From positions 30,008,001-30,072,000 of the forward strand of contig NC_043014.1 of assembly GCF_006345805.1 (NCBI RefSeq): a DNA stretch of 64,000 nucleotides. The letters run 5' to 3'. This document shows, piece by piece, positions 1 through 12,917 of the stretch. A program made the translations under genes and the position numbers. The notes under the pieces are model-generated. The model saw only the letters and a list, made by a program, of their open reading frames with translations. It searched no databases and was not told the origin of the DNA. This DNA comes from Octopus sinensis (lineage: Eukaryota). Position 1 is the first letter of the stretch. The number at the start of each line of letters is the position of its first letter.

Positions 1-328
1 ATACTTATTCTATCGGCCTCTTTGGCTGAATCGCTAAATTATGGGTTGTCAAGCGGTGGTGGAAGAAAGGACAGACACAAAGACACACACACACACACGT
101 ATGTATGTATGTTTGTATGTATGTATGTATGTATGTTTGTATGTATGTATGTATGCATGTATGTATGTGCATGCTCGATAGGCTTCTTTCAGTTTCCGTC
201 TACCAAATCCACTCATAAAGCTTTGGTTGGCCTGAGGCTATGGTAGAAGACAATTGCCCAAGGTGCCCCGCGGTGGGACTGAACTTGGAACCATGTGGTT
301 GGGAAGCAAACTTCTTACCATACAGCCA
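1..328 (-). mobile_element. tRNA-derived CORE-type SINE (main family A), 3' end cut by window edge
   Basis: Reverse complement reads tggctgtatggtaagaagtttgcttcccaaccacatggttccaagttcagtcccacc...ccttgggcaattgtcttctacc. It has a central (TATG)/(CA) microsatellite and matches the full copies at 4374 and 11227. Confidence 0.9.
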
Positions 329-3082
329 GGTTATTTTTATTTACTCATCATCTGTTATTAAAGTTTACTTTAAATATTTTCCAAACTTGGAGCAATATCG
401 TTATGTATATTTAAAAACTGTTTGGTGTTGTTATTTGTCTAAGTTAGGGGGACAACTTAGGATCTCAGAACGAAATCTGTTTGTTCTGTATGTTCTGTTA
501 TTCATTTGTCACCAATTCGTTTAACACGATGGAATCTTTTAAATCAAACACCTGTATCTGATCGTTGTTGTTTTCCATAATTGGAGAACACCTCCTCCTT
601 TTAGAGTCTAAAATTTAGATGATGAGTGATAACACGTGATTCACCAGTGTAAGGGAACTTTGATAAAAAACAGTGTTTTGAGCTCGTGAATTATCTGTTT
701 GGTAGGCATTGGTATGCATCAACAAATAATTTGTTCATTGATTCTTGTAAACAAGAGTTTGTACTCTTCTTATATTTGCCACTGGATGTTTGTCTTCGCT
801 CGAATTGAACTGGTCAATGAAGATATATTTCCTTGGCTGCATTTATAATAACTGATGCAAACTTGCAAACATTTAACTGTAATGTTTATTGCTGGACATA
901 AAGATATTTGGTGTTGGCAAATTACAATGAACAATATTAATAACTGCTGACTGGGAGAGAGAGAGAAAAGCCATGCTACATCTATAGAAGTTGCTTATGA
1001 GACATAGTGTAAATGTTCCGAAAGGGTCTATCTGAGAATCTGGAGTTGTCTGTGTAACCGTCTGCATGGCAAGGCTTTAGGCGCGTGAAGTAGTCAGCCA
1101 CCTTCAACACTGCCATTAATTGAGCACCAAGAACTTTTTATTGGAGATGAGAGGTTTTATTTGAGAACAATTGAGAAAACTATATTATGCCACAGTCTCA
1201 CACTGATTGATCAATTTAGAGACCGATCACGTGAAACTATGGTGGTTCACTCGTGGTGTCTGACTTAGTGTCTAGCGGTTTCGAATCACCAATACAAATA
1301 GCTTCATCACAGTTCTTTACGTAAAAGCATAAAGAATGAAATAATAAAATAAAGAATTTACATAGAAATACGTGCCAACATAAATCCAAAAAGAACAACA
1401 AAAAGAAAACATGCATTGAATTCAGAATAAATACTGAAAGAATGTCTAAATAACAATAAGTTCGTAAAATATACAAATTTCTGTATTTCTTTTACATTTT
1501 TTTCTTTGGAAATATAAAAAAGAAAAAATTTTCTTGGTGTAGAAAAATGTTAAAAATGCTTTGCATTCTCGATATGCACACAGGCTGAAAAACATTGATG
1601 TGAGAAAGGATATATATCCACAGCAAACTGTGAAATACAATCAAGGTATTGGGTGTCTTTTAAGGAGTATTTTTATCTGTGTTGGATAATATTGCATAAG
1701 TTTATGGTGTATGCTCATTATAACTGGTGAAAGTTCCTACTTCCAAGAAATGGTGTAAATGCTTGACTGACAAATAAGCTGCTGTTTTCCCATGTTTGAG
1801 TAACCAATTTGAAAGAATATAGTTGAATGAAATGATTGAATGATTTCTTAAAGTCCTTCAGCCATGAGAATCTGAGTGCACAGAATTGAGGTCATTGACA
1901 TTGCACGAGTCTGTCTGTCTGAATTTTGTCTTCAGTTGTCTCATAAAAAAATCACTTAGTTCAGAGGAAATAGAAGAGGAAATATCCATAATACCTTGTG
2001 AAGTTGCCATATTTAGATACAAGTAACTTGGAATTACTCATATGAAGAGGATATGAAAAGATTAAATGCTGATTATTAGTGCAAACTCAAGAGGTTTCTG
2101 GATAAAATTCACTCCGGAAGCATTCATTCAAAGGAAGACAGAACTTTTCTCGGAGTTGAAAGTTGGTTTTGACGGTTATTTCACACAGATGAAAAATACG
2201 GTTAAGCCGTTAATAGCCACGCTAACAACTTTATAACTTCATAAAAGGTAGGGGTTGCAGTGGTAAAAGTAATGAGCTGCGGCATCTTTCCCTCCTAGTT
2301 TTTTCACCTCCTGTCATTTTCATGAGACTGATAAGTCAAGTGGATTTTGATGGCTTTTTCCTGAGTCAAACCTCACCTAATGTCGAGAAGATGAATATTG
2401 GTAGTCACCATTTTTGGCGATTCTTACTGGCCTTTTCTTGAGTTGAGGGTCACCAATATCAATGGTTGTTTGCTTGGCGTAAGTGGAGGTACGAGCCAGC
2501 CAGCTGCCTTTAACACTCTGTAATAATTAAAGTGCCAAAAATGTTTTTTATAGAAGACGAGAAGCTTATTCTAGAATAATCAAGAAAACCATATCACACC
2601 ACAGTTTCAGGTTGATTGGTCGTTTTATAGACCGATCATGTGAAACTATGGTGGTTCGCTCATGGTGTCTGACTGAATATCCATCGATTAGATTTCAGAT
2701 CACCACTACCGGTCTAGCGAGGTAGGTTTGACTGAGAAAACACAATGAGGTTGAATCACCTCATTGTGTCTCAGTGTACCCTTACAATATCTCAAAGTAC
2801 CCTTAAACCAGTGAATCACTTGTTATAAACATATCATCTAAAGAGAAGAGGTGTCCTAAAATGACGTAAAATAACAAGTCAGATATTCATGTTCGAATCT
2901 GCCAGAACATATTAAGAATGAACCGATACAATATTGTTTGGATTCTTGCACCCCATGTGAGCACCCTATGAATTAGTATTCTTTTACTGGTTTCACTGGT
3001 TTCAGTCATCACTGTCTCTGCTTGTCTGACTCTCTGTCTGTCTGTCTATCTATCAGTCTATCTGTCTGTCTGTCTCTGTCTG

Positions 3083-3118
<36 letters not shown>

Positions 3119-3325
3119 CTCTGCAATCCTCTGCAGTGTATTTCCTGTACATCTTGATTTATAACATTGATTTCTTGTGAAGCTGCATAGAGTCTTCCAT
3201 TTCTCTTAACACCAACGCAAATGCACCAAAACAACTATTGGCTAAAATATGGGTTAAAACAACTGATAAGAATCGTCACCGCCAAATATGGAAACTGATA
3301 TGCTGTGGCCCTTTTCTTGTTACAG

Positions 3326-3443
3326 AATTGAGAGGGTTTTGAATGCTAAGTACTACAACACTTTCAAGGATCTAATCAGCCATATCGATGATGTGCTTAA
3401 TTCTAAGTCCAGCAATTATTTTAAGGAACATTTTTTTCTCTAA
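3326..3443 (+). CDS. candidate terminal exon or degenerate mariner C-terminus (IERVLNAKYYNTFKDLISHIDDVLNSKSSNYFKEHFFL*)
   Basis: Strong acceptor ccttttcttgttacag, then a 38-codon open frame to TAA. The product is not recognised and has only loose resemblance to mariner C-termini. Confidence 0.22.
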
Positions 3444-3757
3444 GTTACAGTGTGTAAATATAAACATATTATGCACACACGCACGCACACACACATACTT
3501 ACATACATACATACACGCATGCATGCATACACATACACATACATACATACATACATACATTCATATACACACATATGCGTGTGCACGCACACACAGGTTC
3601 ACACACACGCACATATAAATGCATGACCACACATAATACTGTTGACTTCTACAGAGTTTTCAGTAACCAATTTCATTGATCAACTCAAGGTTATAAAAGA
3701 AAGATGTACCCAAGGTACCAAGCAGTAGCAATGAAATGAAAGACGTGTAAATTGTAA

Positions 3758-3976
3758 CCCTTTCGTTACCGTATTTATTTTGAGATGCTCTGTGTTTCTT
3801 TTAATTACTTTAAATATAACAAAAAATTTAGTAAAATAACTTAGTTATCATTAAGCTAGTATTAGGAACAAATTGTGACTAAGGTTTGGTGGAAGATTTT
3901 AATTCAGAACTTTTAAAAACAAGACATTTGTATTACAAAGCCAGAGGCGGTTTCAGCCGGGTTGGTAATGAAAGGG
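3758..3976. mobile_element. piggyBac-type MITE
   Basis: TIRs ccctttcgttacc / ggtaatgaaaggg (12/13 match). TTAA on the right and gtaa (mutated TTAA) on the left. Confidence 0.8.
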
Positions 3977-4373
3977 TTAAGCATTTCAATTTTTAACTCA
4001 CACACACACACACACACAAAATGGTTAAAAAGCAAACCGCAAGGTTTTTGCCTGGTAAAAATCCCTTTTGAGACATAGTGTGCCAAAGAAACACAATATA
4101 CTGCAGAGCTAGATGAAACTAATCACACTAGAAGTGACCACATGAGCAACAGGCACATATTTTGCTGCTCTTGTGGTTCTTAATGTCACATATTTATGTC
4201 ACTTCCAAAATGAAATCAAATTACTATCTCCGTATATTTTAGACTAGCTGATTTGATTTCGTTTGGGAAATGACACGGAAGTCACACCAACAATGATTTC
4301 AGTTTGCTTATTCCTGAGATATATCGTGTCTTTTAACATAATAAAGGGATCTTTCCTATATATACATATACCA

Positions 4374-4775
4374 AGGAGTGGCTGTGTGGTAAGTAGCTTG
4401 CTAACCAACCACATGGTTCCGGGTTCAGTCCCACTGCCTGGCATCTTGGGCAAGTGTCTTCTGCTATAGCCCCAGGTCGACCAATGCCTTGTGAGTGGAT
4501 TTGGTAGACGGAAACTGAAAGAAGCCTGTCGTATATATGTATATATATATATATTGTGTGTGTGTGTGTGTTTGTGTTTGTCCCCCTAGCATTGCTTGAC
4601 AACCGATGCTGGTGTGTTTACATCCCCGTCACTTAGCGGTTCGGCAAAAGAGACCGATAGAATAAGTACTGGGCTTACAAAGAATAAGTCCCGGGGTTGT
4701 TTTGCTCGACTAAAGGCGGTGCTCCAGCATGGCCACAGTCAAATGACTGAAACAAGTAAAAAGAGAAAAGAGAGA
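4374..4775 (+). mobile_element. SINE family A, full length
   Basis: tRNA-like head ggagtggctgtgtggtaagtagcttgct...ggttcagtccc, CORE-like cttgggcaagtg, internal (TA)n(TG)n, and tail atgactgaaacaagtaaaaagagaaaagagag. Confidence 0.93.
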
Positions 4776-4777
4776 TA

Positions 4778-5296
4778 CCGTAAATCCTCAAGTATAATCC
4801 GCACTTTTTCCCCAACATTTAAAGGTCAAAATCCCTAGTGCGTACTATATACAAGGTTAAAAATGAAAATTATTTTCTAAGCAATGTCCGAGTCTCTATT
4901 TGCTGTCCGGCAATGTTTATTCAGACGCATTTTGTGATGTCAGGCGTGAAAATACCTTAAGCTAAGCCTGAAAGCAATGAAGTCATAAAAGAATCATCTG
5001 TAACTTGCTGTAAGCAACATTTATCAAACGTTATTACTCTTATTACTGTTATTTCTTTATTTTCTGCAAACAAAATGCACAAAAAAGCTACATGTTTGCA
5101 TTGTTATATATACAAAAATAATAAAGGATGTTACCGTATACATTTTTACAAACCAAGGATGTTATATGGACCTCCTTGACTCAAGTTAGAGAAAGGGTGT
5201 GTATTATACACAAGGTTTAGGTTTTTCAGAGGTACAACCCGCTAAAAATCCCCTGCGTATTATACTCAAGGGCAAACTATACTCGAGGATTTATGG
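4778..5296. mobile_element. Tc1/mariner-superfamily (Tc2/Kanga-like) non-autonomous element
   Basis: TIRs ccgtaaatcctcaagtata / tatactcgaggatttatgg, with TA on both sides (4776-77, 5297-98). Confidence 0.8.
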
Positions 5297-5309
5297 TATA
5301 TGATATACT

Positions 5310-5592
5310 TTCCTGTCGAAGACGACGTGTGAGCGTTCAGCTTCTGCTGAGCGACCTACACAAATGATTAGTATATAGTGATCAAATGTTCATGCCACAC
5401 ATTAGCTCACTCTCTCCATCAAATCAGCATTGTCTGAACAGGTGCACTGTGTGTCATGCGTCAGGTGTTGAAGGGATCACAGAGCAACGTGAGATGAAGT
5501 GTTTTGCTCAAGAAAGCAACGCAGCACCCAGTCTAGCAATTGAAATGACGATCACTAGATCGGGAGTGTAACACCTTAACCACTAGGCTATT
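5310..5592 (-). mobile_element. tRNA-derived SINE (second family)
   Basis: Minus strand begins gaggatgcaatagcctagtggttaaggtgttacactcccgatc (A-box-like), followed by CORE-like ttgagcaaaacacttcatctcacgttgctc. Confidence 0.75.
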
Positions 5593-5865
5593 GCATCCTC
5601 ATATATTGTTACCACCATCTTTATCTTCTTTTCAGGTACTCCGACTAACCCCCATGCAATGTAGTTAGTCATGTATCTCCTGTATAGCAAGAGACACCTG
5701 TCCTTGTCCTGCTATTATATTTCAACCTCTCAACATCTGGTATACGGTCACTTCCCTCTCTATTACAAGCCCACTCACTGAAAGGTTTTTTTTATTTGTT
5801 TTGCATGTCATATGGCAGCTTCACTTGTGTCAGTGTCACAATAAAAGTATGCAGTATACTCTGTG

Positions 5866-5988
5866 GAGTGGTTGGTGTTCGGAAAGGCAACCAACCATAG
5901 AGACTATGCCAAAGCAGACATCATGACTTGATGCAATCCTCCAGCTCATTAGAATACCAGCATGAAGTACGGATTTTAAATGATGATC
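5866..5988 (+). mobile_element. RTE-family 3' tail fragment
   Basis: gagtggttggtgttcggaaaggcaaccaacc...ggattttaaatgatgat is a diverged version of the tail seen at 40047 and 61694. Confidence 0.65.
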
Positions 5989-6390
5989 TCGATGTATGTG
6001 TGTGTGTGTGTGTGTGTAGATTGTTGTCTGATATTGGCACCAGTGAAGTTCCCTAGTAGCTTGCAAGACAAGGAAAGAGAAGAAGCCTCCTTAATGGGCT
6101 TGTAGTAGAGAGCAAGGTGTCTTTATAGCAGATGTTGAGAGCCTAAAGTATGATAGAGGGCCAGGCACAGAAGAAATTCATGACTACCTGGCTTTGCATA
6201 AAGTTCAGTGAGAGTAGGTGGAATGAAGGATGGTGGTGACGAGGTATCAGAGCATACTCTGAAAGTACAAGGCAGTGAGTTTAACAGTTAACTTTATGTT
6301 TATATTACACACACACACACACACATGCACACACACACACAAGCACACACATATTCACACACACATTAATTAATATATATACATATACAT

Positions 6391-7018
6391 ATTCCTGTCG
6401 AATTTTATCCGTTATTTTTGTGGTTTATAGAACCTAGCTGTTCTCTCTAATGTGTTGAATCTCACACTAAGTGGATTCCTTATGTGTATAAATATGCACT
6501 ATATCGTATAACTAATATATAGTCTTCTTGACTAATTTTTTTTGCACGTTAGACCACTGGATATGTAAATTTTGATTGAATATTTTAAATTTATTTAAAT
6601 TTCATTTCCCTTTGATATGATTAAACATTATAACTTTTTGGATAATTTTCGGTTAAAGTTGGCGTTTTTTTATTGTAGCCAATGATAGGACTGCGATTGT
6701 GCAGAAAAATTTGAAAAGTTACTTTGTATAAACACGAGACAAGTAGCGGTGCTTGTCTTCTGTCTTATATGTTTAACCCTAGGTTGGACCTCGCCGAAGA
6801 AGATCAGACCATGCGAGTTCCCCCGACTTGCTAAAAGAAGATCAGAAACCAATTTGGTCCGAGGTACTAGATGGTAAATGTTTTTCATTTCCAAATTTAT
6901 TCCTGTCGAATTTTATCCGTTATTTTTGTGGTTTTTAGAACCTAGCTGTTCTCTCTAATGTGTTGAATCTCACACTAAGTGGATTCCTTATGTGTATAAA
7001 TATGCACTATATCGTATA
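6391..7018 (+). mobile_element. Penelope-type terminal repeat / retrozyme-like partial tandem (508-bp unit plus 120-bp repeat)
   Basis: 120-bp direct repeats at 6391-6510 and 6899-7018 (1 mismatch) enclose a hammerhead fold. Confidence 0.65.
6788..6865 (+). ncRNA. type I hammerhead ribozyme-like motif (U4C core variant)
   Basis: Helix I acctcg/cgaggt (6 bp), core CCGAAGA, helix II gatc/gatc with inner hairpin gcgagt/acttgc, GAAA, helix III cca/tgg, and cleavage triplet GTC at 6857-6859. Confidence 0.6.
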
Positions 7019-7049
7019 CATATACATATAAATATGCGTCTATCCTTTA

Positions 7050-8900
7050 AGTTTGTTTACAGGATGGGCTTGAGGCTTTCCCTGTCTTCATATCCTTCGT
7101 CTATTCGGATTGCTGGTTCTTCTGTTGGATCAACATTAGGCAGACTCTCTTTCTCCCATGAGTTCTCTACATATAGTAGCCTTTCATAATTGCATTTCTG
7201 AGCCTCTTTCTTTGCAGAGTCACTAACTGCAAGTGAACCATCATCCATGCAAACACACTTCTCTCCCACATCACAATTTTTCTTGGCAAACCAAAACACT
7301 TCAACATTGGCAAACTTCTTATTTTCTGCTTCACCTCTGGCTAAGTATTACCTAGTGGAGGCACATGGCCTAGTGGTTAGAGTAGTGAACTCGTGGTCGA
7401 GGGATCATGGGTTCAAATCTCAGACCGGGTGGTGTGTGTGTTTATGAGTGAAACACCTAAGCTCCACACAACTCCAGCAGAAGGTAATGGCGAACTTCTG
7501 CTGACTCTTTCGCCACAACTTTTTCCCACTCTTTCCTCCTGCATCTTGCAGCTTACCTATGACAGACCGGCGTCCCGTCCAGGTGGGAAACCTATACGCC
7601 AAGGAAACCAGGAAACCAGCCCTTATGAGCCGGGCATGGCTTGAGAAGGAACAAACAAATATTACCTGCTTCTTAGCTTCCATTCTAGCTGCCTGATACA
7701 GCTACTTCCAGTTCTTTCAAGTCTGTTTCTTTGCTCTAATGGCCTGTCAACTACATTGTTCCACTACCATGTCACCTTAGGTCTGGTTGGGACTTTGTAC
7801 AATCCACAAATTTGGTCTGTGGCCCTCAGTAAATTGTCTCTTAGGAACTTCCAGTTATTCTCTATATTGCAACTCTGTGACCCCTTCTTCTCATCAAATG
7901 CTTCAGTTAGGAGTCCCTAAACCTCTGACTTTTCAAAGGATCCTTAAGCTTTCAGATAATTTTTTTCCAAACTGGCTTGCTTCTTGGAATCATTTGTGCC
8001 TGCAGTTTGAAGTCACTAATAAGTAACCTATGCTGGGGGTACAATCTTCACCAGAGAAAGACTTCGCATTCAAGAGCAACCATGAATCCCTTTTTCTGGT
8101 GAGAATGTAGTCGATCTGGTTAGTAGGGTCACCAGATTTATAGGTTATCAGGAGACTGGCTGGTTTATTGAAGTTGGTGTTGCATATCATTAGGTCATAT
8201 CACAGAACTCCAGCAACCTTGTTCCCTCCTCATTTTGAGAGACAATTCCATGGCCACCATGTATCCCCAGGAAGACACCTGAGTGCTGCCCAACATGCCC
8301 ATTGACATCACCATCCATGAAGATGAGGTCACTGTCACTTGTCTTCAATGTAGCTTGCAAAAGTGTCGTAAAAACAGTCCTTTCGTTAATTTGGCAAGCC
8401 TGGTTGTGGGGCTGAGGCAGAGATGATTGTTGCTGTGTTATTCTGCAAAATCGTCTGGGCGTAAGGTCACATACTCTGACTACCTCAATCCCCATACTTA
8501 ACTATTTCTCTGCTAGAAGTATATCAACACCTCCCACCCTGTTACAGTTGCCCTCCCAAAAGAGCGTATAACTATGCCTTTTGCTTGGCTGAAGCTCCCC
8601 TCCAACGAACTTCTTGGATGCAGCACACATCAACATGTCTCCTTCCAAGCATCTCAACAATCTCACCGGACCTACCTTTCAATGTGACTACTTTGACAAT
8701 ACCAACTCTGAGGGAATGTAAAGGGAGGCAAGAGGTAACATGGAGAGGGGGAACTGCGAATTTTGGCATCTGAAAAGAAGATTGTGATGAGCATCGGCCA
8801 ACAGACATGTAATAGCAGTTGTCCTTGCATTATTCCACCTTCAATTATGCTATCCTTGCCACTTCCTCTGGATGTGGGTGTAATACTAGCATTAGTATAA
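7050..8900 (-). mobile_element. RTE-clade LINE remnant: APE endonuclease and linker, degenerate
   Basis: Translated pieces LKGRSGEIVEMLGRRHVDVCCIQEVRWRG, GDVNGHVG...NEEGTRLLEFCD, ICNTNF...QIDYILTRK and YERLLYVENSWEKESLP are RTE ORF motifs. Frameshifted and interrupted by the SINE at 7354. Confidence 0.9.
7354..7659 (+). mobile_element. tRNA-derived SINE with V-domain-like 3' part, inserted in the RTE
   Basis: Head gtggaggcacatggcctagtggttagag...gggttcaaatctc, motif gaccggcgtcccgtccagg, tail aacaaacaaa. Exact 8-bp TSD tattacct at 7346-7353 and 7660-7667. Confidence 0.9.
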
Positions 8901-9389
8901 GCAATGTTAGTACAAGTAGAAATGAAGACATACACAGATTAAGACATATACAGGTTAGTTATTGTCACTGCATTGGTGAAAGGTGCGATATATATTAGTG
9001 TTAGTACAAAGTGATGTTAGAACAAATACAGGTAAGTAAGTTACATAAATAGATAGGATAGGGGTAGTTAATTTGTTATATGTATCAAATAAGAATAATT
9101 GATGCATAGTCACACCTGTATTGCTGCAATGTGAATGGAAGAGACAGGATTGGGGTAAAGGAGAGTGTTTGTATTTCTGCAGAATAGATACAATTAACGG
9201 AAGTATCTGTGAGGCGTTCGCGGTACCAATGAGAGCATTCTGGTATTGGTGTTGCGGCCAGGTAAGTGTGAGTGCAAAACTGATAAGGAAACATCAGGAA
9301 ATAAGAGCATAGTAGATGGTAGCCATAACACGACACTTGAGTAGGCAAGCTTTAATAGATGAGAAAATGGAATTATGGCAGTAGAAGTG

Positions 9390-9553
9390 GAGATACTGGT
9401 GTGTTTTCATCCCCGTAACTTAGTGGTTCGGCAAAACGAGACCAATACAATAAGTACTAGGCTTACAAAGAATAAGTTCTGGGGTCGATTTCCTTGATCA
9501 AAGGCGGTGCTCTAGCATGGCTGCAGTAAAATGACTGAAACAAGTAAAAGAAG
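9390..9553 (+). mobile_element. SINE family A, 3' half
   Basis: ccccgtaacttagtggttcggcaaaa...atgactgaaacaagtaaaag. Confidence 0.85.
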
Positions 9554-9619
9554 CACCAACAGGGTATTTTTGTATGTATGTATGCATATTTGCAGATTTG
9601 TATGTTTTGTTTTATGTAT

Positions 9620-9871
9620 GTATTTTCATGCATATAGTTGCATGTCTAGACATGCTCATATATATATTTAAATAATAAACTTCTGGAAAGTTTTACAGAC
9701 TTTTACAGTTCCAGTGATGGTTTAAATCTGTAGTCTTCAAATCAGCTTTCTCCTTTTTGGTTTTGAGAAGCCTAATTTCTCAAGACTGGTATTTAGGCAG
9801 TGTGTTAGATATCCCTGAGCCCCAATAATTACAGGTATAACCCTGAACTTGTAATCTGGATAGAGCAGCTG
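9620..9871 (-). mobile_element. 3' end of a restriction-like-endonuclease non-LTR retrotransposon (R4/Dong/NeSL-like)
   Basis: QLLYPDYKFRVIPVIIGAQGYL...LEKLGF...ITGTVKVCKTFQKF resembles the C-terminus of RLE-type LINE ORFs. Clade assignment is from memory of the motif. Confidence 0.65.
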
Positions 9872-11226
9872 TATGTATGTATGTATGTATGTATGTATGT
9901 ATGTATGTATGTATGTATGTATGTATGTATGCATGCATGCATGAATGAATGCATTTTTACCTCAAGCCATGCATGAATGCATTTTTACCTCATGCATGCA
10001 TGAATGCATTTTTACCTTAAGCCATTTTTGCTAAAATGGTTTCTGCTTGTAGGATTATGTCAATACTAGAATAAGTGTATACTTATTTTTTGTCCATTAA
10101 ACGATAAAAATTTTAATAATGTATGTATTTGAGCTAAACTTGTACCAGTGCAGGTTTGTTGAATGTATAAAAAGCCAACTAGCTTAAAGCAGGAGAAAGA
10201 AGGAGAAGAGAAGAATGAAAAGAGAAAGAAAAAGGTATGGAATCTTCAAAGACATGTGGAATGAGATTTCCCTTACTTGAGAAATAGGTAAAGGTCATTG
10301 GTAGGAGGGGTATCTAATTGAAAGCAATGCCTCAATAACATATTCATCTAACCCATGCTAACATAGAAGAACAGGCATAAAACAAACAAATGTGTGTGTG
10401 TGTAAGTGTAATATAAGAGAGAAAGAAAAATGATGCCTAGAATAACTTTAGGAGAAATATCAAAGAAAATTTGAAACATTTGTGAAGATTACCAATCTTT
10501 GATCTGACCAATTGATTTGCTGGTCATAATTCAGGAATCAGATTGATTTTATTGATTACATCACTTGTTTCTTCATACTTTTCTAGTGTGACCTATTTCT
10601 GATAGAAATAGTCTCATTTGTAGCATCCTAGGCAACAAGCATTCTTTTCTATTTTTTTTTTAGAATGTTTTTCCAGTATGAGGAAACAGGGCAATGTTTG
10701 TGGGCTCTAGCGGGAGTGTGTAGTTATGACAGTTGATGTTTAGTTAGAATTTCTGTAGGTTGTGGATCAATCAAATTTACAAGCAAAAGAGTTCCAGCTA
10801 TGACTCTCATATCCTTTTATATTTCGGGGTATGTAGTGTCTAATAAATCCTTCTTTATTTCAAACAGCGGATTGCGATTTGAAGGAAAATTAGCTGTCGT
10901 TTCTTGCAAGTCAAACAACTGCAATGAAATTCCAGAAAAGAAGGTGGCATTACAGGGGTTTATTATTCTAGACTAGAAGAACTGGTAGACCATTAAGTCT
11001 CAGTCACTGAACCTACAAAGGGTTAAAGTTGTGTTGCCGAACTGGAGTAATATGCATAAACTGAAGTAATGTAGGCTAAATGAGGTAATGTATTATAAAC
11101 TGAGGTAATGCAGATGAACTGAGACAAGGCTACAGTATCCTAGTGTCACTTCAGACTCTTCCTGTCTGATGATGTAGGGCTTTACTCTAAAAATATTCAC
11201 AATATCATATAAATTATATTCATCCA

Positions 11227-11625
11227 GGCGCAGGAGTGGCTGTGTGGTAAGTAGCTTGCTAACCAACCACATGGTTCCGGGTTCAGTCCCACTGCGTGGC
11301 ATCTTGGGCAAGTGTCTTCTGCTATAGTCTCAGGCCGACCGAAGCCTTGTGAGTGGATTTGGTAGACGGAAACTGAAAGAAGCCTGTCGTATATATGTAT
11401 ATATATATATGTATGTGTGTGTATATGTTTGTGTGTCTGTGTTTGTCCCTCTAGCATTGCTTGACAACCGATGCTGATGTGTCACTTAGCGGTTTGGCAA
11501 AAGAGACTGACAGAATAAGTACTGGGCTTACAAAGAATAAGTCCCGGGGTCGATTTGCTCGACTAAAGGTGGTGCTCCAGCATGGCCGCAGTCAAATGAC
11601 TGAAACAAGTAAAAGAGTAAAAGAG
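11227..11625 (+). mobile_element. SINE family A, full length
   Basis: Same head, core, internal microsatellite and tail as 4374-4775. Confidence 0.93.
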
Positions 11626-12262
11626 ATCCAAGACTGGATTAACCATTAGGCAGAATAAGCACATGCTTAGGGCATCAAAGGAAGTGGGAACACCACAGAA
11701 ATACTAAATGGTTTACAACACAAAAGAAATAACTTTAAACTTGCTAAAATAATATTTGGGATACCTTATCTCTACTCAGTACAGAAGCAGATATGTAAGA
11801 TAAATTTTGAGGAAGGGGGACACCAGAGAAATGGTAACTGGTTTACAGCACAAAAGAAATTACTTTAAACTTGCTAAAATAAAATTTGAAGTGGCTTATA
11901 TGATCAGAAATCTAATTTTGAAGTGTTCATGGTGTCATAGTGGGGATCTGATCAAAAGACTTTGCAATTTAAAATAAATAGGAGAAAACTTTTCAAAGTG
12001 AAGTATACAAAAATAAATACTTTCCACCTTTCTGTTAGTCTTGTTTCATTTTTTTGAGAAAAAAAAAATTATTTTATGGTTTTGTATTGTATATATTTTG
12101 AATTACATATATGTCTTGCAAACAACTTGCACATGCAAGTGCTACCAGTCAAAAACTGCGTATACTGGAAACTAGCAAGTGTATGGGGTCATCAGGATAG
12201 AATGCACACCGTTTCGGGGCCTACCACTCAATGGCATCAATGCGCATTGGCCCCCCTCACTG

Positions 12263-12267
12263 ATATA

Positions 12268-12307
<40 letters not shown>

Positions 12308-12345
12308 TGTATATATATTATATGTATATGTATATATATATATAA

Positions 12346-12377
<32 letters not shown>

Positions 12378-12424
12378 GTATTGTATATATATTATATGTA
12401 TATGTATATATATATATATGTATG

Positions 12425-12458
<34 letters not shown>

Positions 12459-12487
12459 ATATTATATACTCGTATATTGTATATATA

Positions 12488-12546
<59 letters not shown>
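12263..12546. repeat. compound (TA)n microsatellite
   Basis: About 280 bp of TA with periodic TG and TT interruptions. Confidence 0.95.
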
Positions 12547-12548
<2 letters not shown>

Positions 12549-12917
12549 ACCCCCACCACAACTTCTTTTTCCTTTTTCTCATTGGAAAATGAGGTGAAAA
12601 AGGTAGCAGTATAACAATAGTAGTCATTCATAGATCCTCTTCAATCAAGAAGGGTCATATCCTAACACTAAGAGTTAGGAAGTGGAGTACAATACTATTA
12701 GTATGTTTATTAATCCTATGAACACTACATAACTTAATAACTGCACTTTTAAAATTTATAAGTTTAAATTATTTAAATAATTTTTTGAATTTTAACTTTT
12801 ATATTTTTAAATGTATTTTATGTATTGGCTTATGTTTTTCACTGTTTGATTTGCCTAATAGTGGTTTTATCTCTAATTTAATATAATATAATATTATATA
12901 TATATATATATATATAT

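Noticed and set aside
7354-7430. tRNA genes at SINE heads
   Set aside because: They have A/B-box similarity but no complete cloverleaf and continue into SINE bodies.
12076-12627. YI/IY/VC/HT-repeat ORFs here and throughout the window
   Set aside because: These are translations of (TA)n, (TG)n and (TATG)n microsatellites.
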